A stretch of 64,000 bases of DNA from an uncultured Collinsella sp. Its GTDB lineage: Bacteria; Actinomycetota; Coriobacteriia; Coriobacteriales; Coriobacteriaceae. The notes below the pieces were generated by a model. It had not been told where the DNA came from and searched no databases. It saw only the letters and a program-made list of their open reading frames with translations. The translations under genes and the position numbers were made by a program. Location: assembly GCA_900541125.1 (NCBI GenBank), contig UQIK01000009.1:2829-66828 (forward strand). The letters are read 5' to 3'. Of this stretch, positions 30,106-41,912 are shown piece by piece (within the stretch, counting starts at the first letter, position 1; the number at the start of each line of letters is the position of its first letter).

Positions 30106-30291
30106 GCCGGTTACATCCTCCAACGTAAAGAGTTCTCAACACTATATCAAAGCGTCTAGGTACGTGCGAAATTTGCACCATACGTGACCCTTTGTTTACC
30201 CATTCTTTGCCTGTTGACGCATCAACGGCGAACGTCCATAATGCGCTTGCATTAAATGTTGATGTATTAACATCTTATAGGAAAGCTTCTT

Positions 30292-31257
30292 ATGTCTCAA
30301 AACGCACGTTCCCATCGAAAGCTCAAGATAGCCGGCGTCGTTGCGCTGGTGCTCGTTGTCGCGCTGCTGGGGTTTGCCGGCAACTTTCTGTTTGACTTCG
30401 CGCTGAATCCCCGCGCGCCATACACCATGAAGATGATGCAGGACGGCAAGGACGCCGAAAAGGGCGAGCAGATGGATGCCGAGGAAACCGAGGCGCGGGC
30501 GTGGTTTAAAGAGAACCGCGAGAGCAGCAGCCTCACCGCGGACGACGGGACCGAGCTTGCCGCCTGGTATTTTGCTGCGTCGGAGAGCACGCACGACTAC
30601 GCCGTCTGCCTGCATGGATATACCAACGAGCCCATCGGTATGGCCCGATACGTCAAGCGATTCCACGACCGCGGCATGAACGTACTCGCACCCGCCGCCC
30701 GCGCCCACGAGCGCTCCGGCGGCAACTATATCGGCATGGGCTGGCCCGAGCGCCTTGACATCGTCGCATGGATCGAGCGAATCGTTCAGGCTGACCCCGA
30801 GGCACGTATCCTGGTCTTTGGCGAGTCGATGGGTGCGGCAACCGCCATGAACGTCGCGGGGGAATCTCTGCCCGCAAACGTGAAATGCATTATCGAGGAC
30901 TGCGGTTATACGAGTGTTTGGGACGAGTTTTCCCTGCAGCTCAAGGACGTGTTCGGCCTGCCCAGCTTTCCCTTGCTCGATGTAGCAAACTTGGTGTGCA
31001 ACGTGCGCGCGGGCTACGACTTTCATAAGGCGAGCAGTGTGGAGCAACTCAAACACGCGACGGTTCCCATGTTGTTTATCCACGGCGACCAAGACACCTT
31101 TGTGCCGTACAGCATGCTCGACCAAAACTACGACGCATGCGCCAGCAAGGTCAAGCAAAAGCTCACTATCCATGGCGCCACCCACGCCAAGAGCGCGCAG
31201 GTCGACCCCGAACTCTACTGGAACACGGTCGACAACTTCCTCGACGAGTATTTTTAG
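30292..31257 (+). CDS. Membrane-anchored alpha/beta hydrolase
   Basis: An N-terminal TM helix, the nucleophile elbow GESMGAA and the C-terminal block FIHGDQDTFVP...HGATH. Confidence 0.8.
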   Translation: MSQNARSHRKLKIAGVVALVLVVALLGFAGNFLFDFALNPRAPYTMKMMQDGKDAEKGEQMDAEETEARAWFKENRESSSLTADDGTELAAWYFAASESTHDYAVCLHGYTNEPIGMARYVKRFHDRGMNVLAPAARAHERSGGNYIGMGWPERLDIVAWIERIVQADPEARILVFGESMGAATAMNVAGESLPANVKCIIEDCGYTSVWDEFSLQLKDVFGLPSFPLLDVANLVCNVRAGYDFHKASSVEQLKHATVPMLFIHGDQDTFVPYSMLDQNYDACASKVKQKLTIHGATHAKSAQVDPELYWNTVDNFLDEYF

Positions 31258-31301
31258 GAAATAGGACGGTTTACTGGTCTATCTGACCCCCTAGCACTTC
31301 C

Positions 31302-31341
31302 AAAAAGCCGCCCGTGGGCAATGTGCTCACGGGCGGCTTTT
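31302..31341. terminator. Bidirectional rho-independent terminator
   Basis: AAAAA-GCCGCCCGTG-N11-CACGGGCGGC-TTTT between convergent genes. Confidence 0.75.
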
Positions 31342-31388
31342 GCTAACGTTGCGCTACAAAAGCGCTTGATATGTCCAATAGACAGGTG

Positions 31389-32594
31389 TTACTTGACCTC
31401 GATAAGCTCGTACTTGCTCGTGCCCAGGCCGATCTTCTCGGCGTGCGCGATGCACACGCGCCAGTCGGTGTCGGGATGTGTGATGCAGAAGGGGTCCTTG
31501 GCCTGCTCGCCCTCCAGATGCTCGTGGTTGTGCTCCATCTTGGCGGCGCTGTCGGTGAGCTCGGTGTTGGGCAGCGGCTCGGATGCCATGACGGCATCGG
31601 CGCAGGCCTGGTCGATGGCGACCGGGTCGAAGCTCGCGAACATGCCGATATCGCTGACGATAGGCGTGTCGTTTTCGGGATGGCAATCGCAGTTGGGGCT
31701 GATATCCATGGCAAGCGAGATGTGGAAGCTCGGGCGGCCGTCGACAACGGCCTTCGTATACTCGGCGATCTTGCAGTTGAGCACGTCGGCCGCGGCGTCA
31801 TAGCCGGGCTTGATGCAGTCCTGGTTGCATGCCGCAATGCAGCGTCCGCAGCCCACGCAGCGATCGTGGTCGATAGCGGCCACGTGCACCGTGCGAGTAG
31901 CGCCGCTGGCAAGCTCGCGCTCGCGGGTGCCGTCGAACGAGACAGCGTCGTGCGCGCAGATCTTTTCGCAGGCACGGCAGCCAACGCAGTGCTCGGTCGA
32001 GACGTTCGGCTTGCCGGCGGCATGCTGCTCCATCTTGCCGGCACGGCTGCCGCCTCCCATACCCAGGTTCTTCATGGCGCCGCCAAAGCCGGCCTGCTCA
32101 TGGCCCTTAAAGTGGGTGAGGCTGATCACGATATCGGCATCCATGAGCGCCTGACCGATCTTGGCCTCGCGCACGTACTCGCCACCCTCGACCGGGACGA
32201 GCGCCTCGTCGGTGCCCTTGAGGCCGTCGGCGATGATGATCTGGCAACCCGTGGCATACGGGGTAAAGCCGTTCTGGTAGGCGGTGTCGATGTGCTCGAG
32301 CGCGTTTTTGCGGCTACCCACATAGAGCGTATTGCAGTCGGTGAGGAAGGGCTTGCCGCCCAGCTCCTTCACGACATCCGCGACGGCGCGGGCGTAGTTG
32401 GGGCGCAAAAAGCTCAGGTTGCCCAGCTCGCCAAAGTGAATCTTGATGGCGACGAACTTGTTCTCGAAGTCGATCTGCTCAATACCGGCGTGACGAATGA
32501 GGCGCTTGAGCTTGTCGAGCTGGCTCTCGCGAGCATGCGTGCGCAGGTTGGTGAAGTACACCTTAGCGGGTGCTGCGGGTGCAGTTGCGGTCAT
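31389..32594 (-). CDS. DUF362 domain protein with a 2x[4Fe-4S] ferredoxin insert
   Basis: The DUF362-type N-terminus (VAIKIHFGELGN...FLTDCNTLY) plus CVGCRACEKICAHDAV and CVGCGRCIAACNQDCI. Confidence 0.8.
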   Translation of the reverse strand: MTATAPAAPAKVYFTNLRTHARESQLDKLKRLIRHAGIEQIDFENKFVAIKIHFGELGNLSFLRPNYARAVADVVKELGGKPFLTDCNTLYVGSRKNALEHIDTAYQNGFTPYATGCQIIIADGLKGTDEALVPVEGGEYVREAKIGQALMDADIVISLTHFKGHEQAGFGGAMKNLGMGGGSRAGKMEQHAAGKPNVSTEHCVGCRACEKICAHDAVSFDGTRERELASGATRTVHVAAIDHDRCVGCGRCIAACNQDCIKPGYDAAADVLNCKIAEYTKAVVDGRPSFHISLAMDISPNCDCHPENDTPIVSDIGMFASFDPVAIDQACADAVMASEPLPNTELTDSAAKMEHNHEHLEGEQAKDPFCITHPDTDWRVCIAHAEKIGLGTSKYELIEVK

Positions 32595-32703
32595 AGATAT
32601 ATCCCCTCGGTCTATATGGCGTTACAGACATAGAGGATGGTACCAGTTAAAGCAGAGTTAAAGTCAAGTACGGCACCTAGTCGCTGAGGACGTTCCTTTC
32701 TAG

Positions 32704-32759
32704 TCATTGGGGACAGACTTAAATGACTGAAACCACTCATTGGGGACGGACTTAAATGA
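32704..32759. repeat. Two copies of the family-D 23-bp palindromic motif (reverse orientation)
   Basis: TCATTGGGGACAGACTTAAATGA (32704-32726) and TCATTGGGGACGGACTTAAATGA (32737-32759). They are embedded in a 190-bp stretch holding six GGGAC/GTCCC-containing sites. Confidence 0.7.
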
Positions 32760-32869
32760 GTGCCTCGCCACCTGGCAGCTAGGGACGTTCCTTTCCTGCC
32801 GGCAGCTGGGGACAGTCCTTGCCAGCACAGCCGGCGAACCGGCGAATCGGCAAAGACTGTCCCCGATGA

Positions 32870-35544
32870 CTACTCCTGCACCTTGAGGGCTTCGGAGAGG
32901 CTCACGCGCTTGATGGAGCGCGTGTGCAGCAGCGCCACGACCAGGTAGGTCACAAAGCCAATGCCCACGCACGCCGCCATGGACCAAGCGGGCACGTAGA
33001 TCTCGATATTGCCGTTGTAGGCGAGCAGCATCGAGCGGAAGATGGCCGTGAGCGAGCCAATAATGACCGGCAGGCTCAGCACGAGCGACGCCGCCACGCA
33101 CAGCGTGATCGAGCGGATGTACAGATGCGAGATCTCGCTATCGCGATAGCCAAAGACTTTCATGTAGCTGATCGAACGGGCGCTGTGGTCGATCACCGCC
33201 TTGGTCAGCAGGTACATAAACAGCAGAAAGATAAACACCGCGAGCCCGATCATCATTCCGATCATTTTGCTCATCATGCCGATGAACTGGTCGCCCACGG
33301 CCCGCATGTCGTCGGGCGTGGTGTCGCCGGCAAAGTAACGAGCATCGAAGTCGAGCTTCTCGTCGCTCACATAGCCGTTAAAGTAGGCGGCGTCGTTGCT
33401 GAACAGCTCGTTAAAGTCGTCGATACTCATATAGATATTCATGTCCGACTTGGAGCCCCAGGCACAGTCCTTGCCCGCGTACTCAAGGGAATAATGCTCC
33501 CCCTCGTACTTGTCGATGAGCGTGACCTTCTGACCCTCGCTCCAGCCAAACTTATCGAGCAGACCGCCACCAAAGACGACACGGCCGTCGCCGACGTTGA
33601 GGTCTTTCCAATAGCGCGAATCGGATGAAATGCCGTAAACGGAAATCGTCTCCTCGCCATTTCCGTCGCCGCGATCGTATTGCAGCTGGTAGACGGCGTA
33701 TTTCTCGGCCTGCGCGATTGCGCCTGCACCGTTGTCGATCGTGTTGACCGGGTGAATGTCGTCGTTGTCGGTGTCGATCTTAGAGGCCTTGTCGATCAGG
33801 TCGATAGCCTCGTCGCGGTCGCAGCCGAGGGCATCGGCAAGATCATCGAGGCGCGCATAAAGCGCATCCTTCTTGTCCTGGACCTTGGCGAGCGCGTCCT
33901 GCGCCGCGGCCAGGCTCTCGGCAGACGGAGCGCTGGTCGCGGCATCGGCTGCCGCCTGCGCCGCATCGGCCGCGTCGTCAAGCTCGTCATCGGCATCCTG
34001 AGCGGCAGAAAGCAGCACGCCGTCAACCGACTGTAAGCGCTCGAGTGCCGACCACTGCTCTCGCTCCTCGGCAGTGCCCTCGAGCTCCAGCGGCGCCTTG
34101 AGCGTGTACTGGTGCTCGGCGACCAGGCTTGTCTCGAGGTTGTCCGCATAGTGCGTCATCGTGGGCAGAATCGCCAGGCCAAAGAGCAGTAGCAGCGAGG
34201 CAAACGCGATGCCCACGAAGAGCGTGGCGAAGTTGCCCAGATTGCGCAGGAAGATATGCAGGCGGAAGCGGGAAACAAAACCCATGCGCTCCGGCAGCTG
34301 CAGGCCGCGCTTGGTGCCCGATTTGCCACTCACCTCGTGACGAAGGAACTGCAACGGCGTCTTGCCCATCTTGTGAAGCAGACCCACCAGCGTGATGAGG
34401 ATGAGCGCGGCGGCGGGAACCACGGCGCACTTCACAAAGATCTCCCAGCTCCAGTACACCTGGAAGGGCGGCAGGCTGTACGAACCGTAATAGAGGCTGC
34501 GCATGGGCTCGGTAAAGAACACAACGCCGAGCGCAGTGCCCAAAAGCGCCGCGACCACGCCCACGATGGCGGGAAGCGCAAGGTAGTGCAGCACGATCTC
34601 GCGTCGACGATAGCCGCTGGCGAGCAGCGTGCCGATGATGGCGCTCTCCTCCTCGATGGTGGCGTCGGTAAGGACCACAAAGACAAACGCCATGATCACG
34701 ATGATGATGTCGAGCAGCGTCATCCACATCATGGAGTCGCCGTCCACGTCGTCGCGCGCATAGCCAATGCCCTGATTGGAATCGGCATCGACCAGATCGT
34801 CCACGCGCGCATCGGCATCGGTCAGCGCCTCGACCATATCCTGCTCCGCATCGATGCGATCCGCGGTGGGGAGGTCGCGATCGGTAAAGGCAAAGGAGTA
34901 GGTGTAGGCAGGCGCGCCGCCGGCATCCTCGAGCGCGGCAAAGCCGGCGTCGGTGACCTCGGCCACGCCATAGGTGATGGTATTCACCGTAAAGTCCGAA
35001 TTGTTGAGGAACAGCGCCTGGCTATCGGGCTGGGTCATGATGCCGCAGATGGTATAGGTGCGGCCCTCAAGCTCGACCTTATCGCCCACGGACAGGTTGT
35101 TATTGGTGGCAAAGACACGGTCGATGGCTACCTCATCGTCCGTCTTGGGCTCCTTGCCCTCACAATAGGACGCGATATCGACTTTGGTGCGGTGCGCATA
35201 GGTGCGCAGCGTGCGCTTGGTGCCGTCGTCGCCGGCGGTCTTTTTGATGATGGCGTCGATGGAAAAATTCTTGTAGAGCGCGACGCCGCCGGCGTCACCG
35301 GCTGCATCCTCGGCGGCCCTGAGTTGATCGTCGGTAGCCTCGAAGGAGGTGGTCACGCGGCCGTCCTCAATCGTGTACGCATCGCGCATGTCATCGATAA
35401 GGCAGCCGATGGAATGCGCCGCGAGCAAAAAACCCGAGGTGAGAGCGATGCTTCCGCACATAAGCAAAAAGATGCCCAGATACTTGCCGATATTGCGGCG
35501 CAGCTCGCGCGGGAGACGTTTTGTGAGAGGTGTCATGGCGCCGC

Positions 35545-35551
<7 letters not shown>
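32870..35551 (-). CDS. MacB/FtsX-type ABC transporter permease (two FtsX modules with large extracytoplasmic domains)
   Basis: 893 aa. TM clusters sit at the N-terminus, the middle and the C-terminus, in the typical duplicated FtsX permease layout. It overlaps the upstream ATPase gene by 7 nt. Confidence 0.8.
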
Positions 35552-36270
<719 letters not shown>

Positions 36271-36351
36271 TGTTAGCCTCGTACTACTTTATGAACGTAA
36301 TAGTAAACCTTGGCGAACTATTTTGGGGCGAGGCCTAGGATTTATTTCAGA

Positions 36352-37557
36352 CTAGGCGCGGGATTTGGCGCGTGCGAGAGCCAGGCCTACGGCGGCAATG
36401 GCGGCGGCGAAGAGCACGGTGACGCCCAGGTCGCAGGCGATGTCGCCCAACACGGCAGACGTCAGGTCCGCGGCGAGCGCCTTGCTGATCGCGTCGTTCA
36501 CCCAAAACGTCGGTACAAAGTGCGCCACCGTCTGCACGGCCGAGCCCATCAGCGACAGCGGCATCCAGGCGCCGCCCAAAAACGTCATGAGCATGCCGAG
36601 TAAGTTGCCCACGCCGTTGAGCAGCTCCTCGCGCGCACCCAGGCTCGAAAGCGCAAAGCCAACGGCCAGAGGCGTGCACGCAAGGGCAAACGTCGCCGCC
36701 AGCGCCAGGCACACACGGCCCACGCCGACCTCGGCGACCGCGCCGGCAAAGCCCACGACGCCCATCATGCTCGACACAAACCAGATGCAGACGGTGAGCA
36801 CGGCGGCGGCCGCAAACACGGCAAGCGAACGCCGGCGCTCGGAGATTGGACCGGCATCCATACGACGCACGCGCTCGGGCTCGTTCATGCCCGAGAACAC
36901 CAGCCCCACCGACACGATGACCGACGAGATAATCGCGTACGCGCCAAAGTTGAAGTACGACTCGAGCGTGGCGGCGGCGGTCGAGTCAACCTTGACCTGC
37001 TCGATCTCGACCTTGGCACGCTTCGCGGCCGCATGATCGGCAGCCTTGGCGACGTCACCGTTGGAGGCAGTAGGCTCAAGCGCCGCCGCAGCGCCCGCGA
37101 GCGAGATCCAGCGCGAGGCCTCGGCAGACGAAAGCGCCGCCGCCATGGTGCCGGCACCGTAGGTCACATCGAGCTTGGGCAGGGACTCCCCCGCGCGGGC
37201 ACCTGCAACGAGGTCGCCCTCAAACCCCTCCGGGATAAAGAACACGCAGTCGGCACTGCCCTTGGCGCTGTTGCTCTTGGAAAGCGCGTCCGCAAGGTCG
37301 TAGGTGTCGTCGCCGACGCCCGTGACCAGCTCAAAGCGCGAACCCAGATGCTTGGTAAGCGCACGCGAAAGGTCACTGTCGTCGCGGTCGACCACGATCA
37401 CGTTGGCATCGTAGGGCTTATATTCGGTGAGCTGCGACGAGTTCCAGCTCACCGATGCCGCGATAAACACACCCATGAGCGAGATGAACACCGTGTAGAT
37501 GAGCAGATAGAGCGGGTGTGCGAGCGCCATGCGAAGCGCAGTCTTAAAGGTGCTCAT
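36352..37557 (-). CDS. ABC-2 type transporter permease
   Basis: One N-terminal TM helix, a large extracytoplasmic loop, then five C-terminal TM helices. ATG 37557 lies behind GGAAGGAG. Confidence 0.75.
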   Translation of the reverse strand: MSTFKTALRMALAHPLYLLIYTVFISLMGVFIAASVSWNSSQLTEYKPYDANVIVVDRDDSDLSRALTKHLGSRFELVTGVGDDTYDLADALSKSNSAKGSADCVFFIPEGFEGDLVAGARAGESLPKLDVTYGAGTMAAALSSAEASRWISLAGAAAALEPTASNGDVAKAADHAAAKRAKVEIEQVKVDSTAAATLESYFNFGAYAIISSVIVSVGLVFSGMNEPERVRRMDAGPISERRRSLAVFAAAAVLTVCIWFVSSMMGVVGFAGAVAEVGVGRVCLALAATFALACTPLAVGFALSSLGAREELLNGVGNLLGMLMTFLGGAWMPLSLMGSAVQTVAHFVPTFWVNDAISKALAADLTSAVLGDIACDLGVTVLFAAAIAAVGLALARAKSRA

Positions 37558-38731
37558 AGCGGCTCCTTCCAAAGATCAGCGTGGCGGCGGCAACGAACAG
37601 CAGCGCCATAAGGACCAGTGCGCCCGCGCGAACGGCAAAGGGGCCCAGGTCCTCAAAGAAATACAGGCGGTTGAACATGTCGCAGATGAGCTTGACGGGG
37701 TTGAGCCAGCACTCGGCCGGGCAGGCGCGGGCGACGTCGTCGGCAAGCGCCATCGCCGGCTCGCCGTAGAGGCCGGCGAACAGGGCGCACGTGGTGGCAA
37801 AGCCCGTGAGGATGCCCGACTTGGACGCCTTGCCGCCCTTAACGGGAAGCGTGCCCACAAAGAGTCCCAAGCCCGTGGCGGCAAGCGCGGAAGCGGCGCC
37901 GCCCACCAAACACAGTCCCTCGCGCCCGCCAAAGTCGATGCCCACGACTAGGCGCACGTAGCCAATCGCAATCGCCATCGAGGCAAAGGAGACCAGCCAC
38001 GAGCCCACAAAGATACCGGCCAGTGACGCCGTCTTGGAAAGACCACCCACGCAGCGACGTGCGCCAAGGCCGGACAGATTGGGCTGCAGATCGACGACGC
38101 TCAAGGCGGCAAACTCGGCAGACATCATCGCCACCAGACCAAAGAGCGCATAGTAGTAGATGACCGTGCCATCGGGCGTGGTGCGCGTCAGGCTCACGCG
38201 ACGGGTGCCGCCCTCGAGCGACAGGGCGCGCGCAACCGCCTCCGGGTCGGCGAGCGCCGCTGGGTTGTCCTGGGCAATTTGGGACATGAGCTCGGCATTT
38301 TGTGTATACGAGCTTGCCACCGTCTCCAAAATGCTGCGATCGGTGAGCACCGACGACGCACGCGAGCCGTCATAACTCGATAGCAGCGTGAGTTTGGGCG
38401 TGCCCGCGTCGTCGACCGTATAGATGCCCGCGACCTCGCCGGCCTTAAGCGCACGGCTCGCGTCGGCTGCGTCGTCGCACTCGTGGATCTCGAGCAGTTG
38501 GTCGTCGCCTTCCTTGGCAAGCGAAGCCGCCACGTTCTTAAAGGTCGAAGCGTCCCAAGCCTCGTCCGCCACGACGGCAACCGGCACCGGGTCGATCTTG
38601 CCGTCGGAGCTGAGGTTCGCAAACATAAACATGAACATCGTGGAAAGTGCAATGGGAAAGAGAGCGCCCCAAACCCACGTGCTCGGCCGGCGCAGCAGCG
38701 TCTTGACCGTAATGATAATGGTGTTGAACAT
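37544..38731 (-). CDS. ABC-2 type transporter permease (paralogue of the downstream gene)
   Basis: It has the same architecture as 36352-37557 and overlaps it by 14 nt. Confidence 0.75.
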   Translation of the reverse strand: MFNTIIITVKTLLRRPSTWVWGALFPIALSTMFMFMFANLSSDGKIDPVPVAVVADEAWDASTFKNVAASLAKEGDDQLLEIHECDDAADASRALKAGEVAGIYTVDDAGTPKLTLLSSYDGSRASSVLTDRSILETVASSYTQNAELMSQIAQDNPAALADPEAVARALSLEGGTRRVSLTRTTPDGTVIYYYALFGLVAMMSAEFAALSVVDLQPNLSGLGARRCVGGLSKTASLAGIFVGSWLVSFASMAIAIGYVRLVVGIDFGGREGLCLVGGAASALAATGLGLFVGTLPVKGGKASKSGILTGFATTCALFAGLYGEPAMALADDVARACPAECWLNPVKLICDMFNRLYFFEDLGPFAVRAGALVLMALLFVAAATLIFGRSRYEHL

Positions 38732-38740
38732 GGCCGCCCC

Positions 38741-39679
38741 CTAGTCGCGCAGCTCGCGGCCGGTGATCTCGAGGAACACGTCGTTGAGGGTCGGCGGCTC
38801 GCTCCACACACGGCCGAGTGCCACGTCGGCAGCGCGCAGCGTGTCGAGGATGTCCACCAGGTTGTGCGGGCTCGCCTCGCAGGTGCAGACGAGCTCGCCG
38901 CCGGACAGCTCGACGCTGAGCACGTGCTCGAGGGCGCGCAGGCGCTCGACCGTGGCGGTCTCGACGGCGCCGACCTCGACGGTCACGCGCTCGCCCATCT
39001 GGATCATGCGCTTGAGCTCGTCGTTGGTGCCCTGCGCCAGCACGCGCCCGCCGTCCATGATCATGATGCGGCTGCAGATTTGCTCGACTTCCTCCATGTA
39101 ATGGCTGGTATACACCACCGTGGCACCTTCGTCGCGCAGGCGGCAAATGCCCTCCAGGATGGCGTTTCGGCTCTGCGGGTCGACCGCCACCGTGGGCTCG
39201 TCAAAAAAGATCAGCTCGGGCTTGTGCGCGATGCCGCAGGCGATGTTGAGGCGACGCGCCAGGCCGCCCGAGAGCTTGCCGGGGCGGAACTTGGTAAAGT
39301 CGCCCAGGCCGACAAAGTCGATCGCCTCGTCCACCAGCGCGCGGCGGCGCTTGCGGTCGCTAACGTAAAGGCTGCAGAAATAGTCGATGTTTTCGCGCAC
39401 GGTGAGCTCGTCGAACACCGCCACCTGCTGCGGCACCACGCCGATGCGGCGCTTGAGGTCGTAGCGGGCGGGCGTCATGGGCTCGCCGAACAGCTCGATG
39501 GTGCCTTTGTCGTAGGCAAGCAGCTGCAAAATGCAGTTGATGGACGTGGTCTTGCCCGAGCCATTGGGGCCCAGCAGGCCAAAAATCTCGCCGGGGGCGA
39601 TGCTCAGGTTAAAGTGGTCGAGCGCAATAAGATCGTCGTAGCGCTTGACGAGGTTTTCGACGTGGACGATGTCTGTCAT
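38741..39679 (-). CDS. ABC transporter ATP-binding protein (DrrA/CcmA-like)
   Basis: Walker A GLLGPNGSGKTT, signature LSGGLARRL and Walker B LIFFDEPT. Confidence 0.9.
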   Translation of the reverse strand: MTDIVHVENLVKRYDDLIALDHFNLSIAPGEIFGLLGPNGSGKTTSINCILQLLAYDKGTIELFGEPMTPARYDLKRRIGVVPQQVAVFDELTVRENIDYFCSLYVSDRKRRRALVDEAIDFVGLGDFTKFRPGKLSGGLARRLNIACGIAHKPELIFFDEPTVAVDPQSRNAILEGICRLRDEGATVVYTSHYMEEVEQICSRIMIMDGGRVLAQGTNDELKRMIQMGERVTVEVGAVETATVERLRALEHVLSVELSGGELVCTCEASPHNLVDILDTLRAADVALGRVWSEPPTLNDVFLEITGRELRD

Positions 39680-39878
39680 GAGGCGGCCCTTCTGTTGATT
39701 GCGGCCCGGTACAATTGCATCATCGCAGGAGCCGCCGGCGCGCGCCAGTGAGCTTTGTCACGAGTGCGTGGATCTTGGTCGTGCGGCCTGCCGACGCCCC
39801 CGCTTTGCCGCGCGGGAGGAATGTCACGGTTGCGCGGGTGGCCCCTCCCCCGTGCGCGGCATCGCGTACAATACCCGT

Positions 39879-41030
39879 ATGAACAGGCTTTTCGACAAAT
39901 CGATTGTGCTGGCGTGCTGCATTGCGGCCGCCATGGGTCTTGCTGTGGACGCCCACCTGGTCGCGGCGTTTTGCCTTGGCGTTATTGCCACCTCACTGGC
40001 CGAGGTCGCACAGGGGGAACGCACGCGCCGCGCAAGCGAGACCGCAAGTTACGCTTACATCATCGCGGCTGTCTTCGTGCCGCCGTTTGTGCCGTTTGCG
40101 CCCCTCGCCCTCTATGACATCGCGCGACGCGTGTGCCGCGAGCACGCCTGGGTCGCGCTGGGCATTGGCGTCGCCTTTGTCTTTGCGCTCGTCGCGGACC
40201 TTCGCGTCGATGCGCTCACCGCCCGAACGCTCCTGCTGACCGCCATCCTTTCGGTTGCCGCCGCCTTGCTATCGCTACGTACCGCCCAGCTGGAGCGCGA
40301 GCAACAGCGCATGCGCCGTACCCGCGACGAGCTGCAAGAACGAGCCCTCGCGCTCGAAGCGCGCAACCGTGACCTTGCCGACCGCCAGGACTACGAAGTC
40401 GAGCTCGCGACGCTCGCCGAACGCGCCCGCATCGCGCGCGAGATCCACGATAACGTCGGGCACCAGCTCACGCGTGCCTCACTGCAGACCGAAGCCCTGC
40501 GCGTCGTGCACGCCGACGAGCCCAGGGTTGCCGCCGATTTCGCCGACGTCAAACGCACGGTTGACGAGGCGCTCCAGCTTGTGCGCACCAGCGTCCACGC
40601 GCTCAACGACAACGCCGTCGACCTTTCTGTGCAGCTCGAACGCATTGTTGAAGGCGCGCGCTCGGACGGCGGCCCGCAGATTGAGCTTGAAGTTTTGGCC
40701 GAGCATGCGCCCGCAAATGTCGCCAACTGCTTTGCGGCGGTCCTGCGCGAGGCGCTCTCCAACACCATGCGCCATGCTTGCGCCCATGCTGTCACCGTAC
40801 GGTGCATGGAGCATCCGTCGTTTTACCAGCTCATTGTTACCGACGATGGCGCGGGCGCGACCCCGACGAGCAGCAGCAACGTCGCGGAGGGCATGGGACT
40901 CGCCTCCATGCGCGAGCGCGTCGAGGCGCTTGGCGGCACCTTCACCGCCGGTCCGCGTGCCAGTGCCGGCTCCCCCGGCTGGCGCGTGTTTGCCACCGTC
41001 CCCAAACAGCAAGGAGATGAGGGCCGATGA
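39879..41030 (+). CDS. Sensor histidine kinase (HisKA_3, LiaS/DesK-like)
   Basis: Four or five TM helices, then RIAREIHDNVGHQLT (H-box), LSNTMRHA (N-box) and DDGAG...GMGLASMRERV. The start was re-placed at ATG 39879. Confidence 0.85.
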   Translation: MNRLFDKSIVLACCIAAAMGLAVDAHLVAAFCLGVIATSLAEVAQGERTRRASETASYAYIIAAVFVPPFVPFAPLALYDIARRVCREHAWVALGIGVAFVFALVADLRVDALTARTLLLTAILSVAAALLSLRTAQLEREQQRMRRTRDELQERALALEARNRDLADRQDYEVELATLAERARIAREIHDNVGHQLTRASLQTEALRVVHADEPRVAADFADVKRTVDEALQLVRTSVHALNDNAVDLSVQLERIVEGARSDGGPQIELEVLAEHAPANVANCFAAVLREALSNTMRHACAHAVTVRCMEHPSFYQLIVTDDGAGATPTSSSNVAEGMGLASMRERVEALGGTFTAGPRASAGSPGWRVFATVPKQQGDEGR

Positions 41031-41656
41031 GGCTCATCGTTGTCGACGACGACCGCTTGGTGGTCGATTCGCTCAAGATTATCCTGGGCGCTCAGCCGCA
41101 GATCGAAGTGGTGGGTACCGGTGCCGACGGCGACGACGCGGTGGCGCTCTACGCCGAGCACGCACCCGACGTCGCGCTGCTCGACATCCAGATGCCAGGA
41201 CGCGACGGCCTATCGGCGGCGCGCGAGATTCTCGAGCGCGACCCTGCGGCACGCGTGGTATTTCTGACGACATTCTCGGATGACGAGTACATTGTGTCGG
41301 CGCTCAAACTGGGTGCCCGCGGTTACCTGATCAAGACCGATGTCGCCGCCATTCCGCCGGCGTTGGGGCAGGTCATGGACGGCAAACGCGTGCTCGAGGG
41401 CAAGGCGATTGAGGACATCGATTTTGATGGAGCGGGCGTCGAGGCGGGCACGCCCCACCGGCCCGCGGCCTTCGCCAGCCTAACCGACCGCGAGTTCGAA
41501 GTCGCCGAGCTCATCGCCCGCGGCCTCGACAACAAGGAGATTGCCGCCACCGCCTATATGGGCGAAGGTACCGTGCGCAACCACATCAGCTCGATCCTTG
41601 CAAAGATGGGCCTGCGCAACCGCACGCAGATCGCCATCGCCTACCTGCGAGGGTAA
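41027..41656 (+). CDS. NarL/LuxR-family response regulator
   Basis: MRLIVVDDD...LLDIQMPGRDG receiver domain plus the LTDREFEVAELIARGLDNKEIA HTH. There is an ATGA overlap with the kinase gene. Confidence 0.9.
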   Translation: MRLIVVDDDRLVVDSLKIILGAQPQIEVVGTGADGDDAVALYAEHAPDVALLDIQMPGRDGLSAAREILERDPAARVVFLTTFSDDEYIVSALKLGARGYLIKTDVAAIPPALGQVMDGKRVLEGKAIEDIDFDGAGVEAGTPHRPAAFASLTDREFEVAELIARGLDNKEIAATAYMGEGTVRNHISSILAKMGLRNRTQIAIAYLRG

Positions 41657-41716
41657 TTACCCAACGGCCAACCGCTCCGGCAGAGCAAAATAGCTGTTAT
41701 CGGTTTAATGCCATTT

Positions 41717-41870
41717 CAAAACTATGCCGGTTTACGGGGCTAAACTCAGGACCCTCATCCATACCCGTGTTTTCTGCAAAATGACGGCCCGTCTACCTGC
41801 GGTTTTATTTTCACGAATATCGGCATGGTTGGGGACTCGTGACTCAGCCCCGTAAACCGGCATAGTTTTG
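41717..41870. repeat. Family-B nested-hairpin repeat, copy 1 (MITE-like)
   Basis: The outer arms are CAAAACTATGCCGGTTTACGGGGC / GCCCCGTAAACCGGCATAGTTTTG. The inner arms are CCCTCATCCATAC / GCATGGTTGGGG. The core contains CTACCTGCGGTTTT. The second copy lies at 49065-49218. Confidence 0.8.
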
Positions 41871-41912
41871 TTCGGGCGGTCCCGCACGAGTGCCTCCGCC
41901 AGCCTCGCGGGA

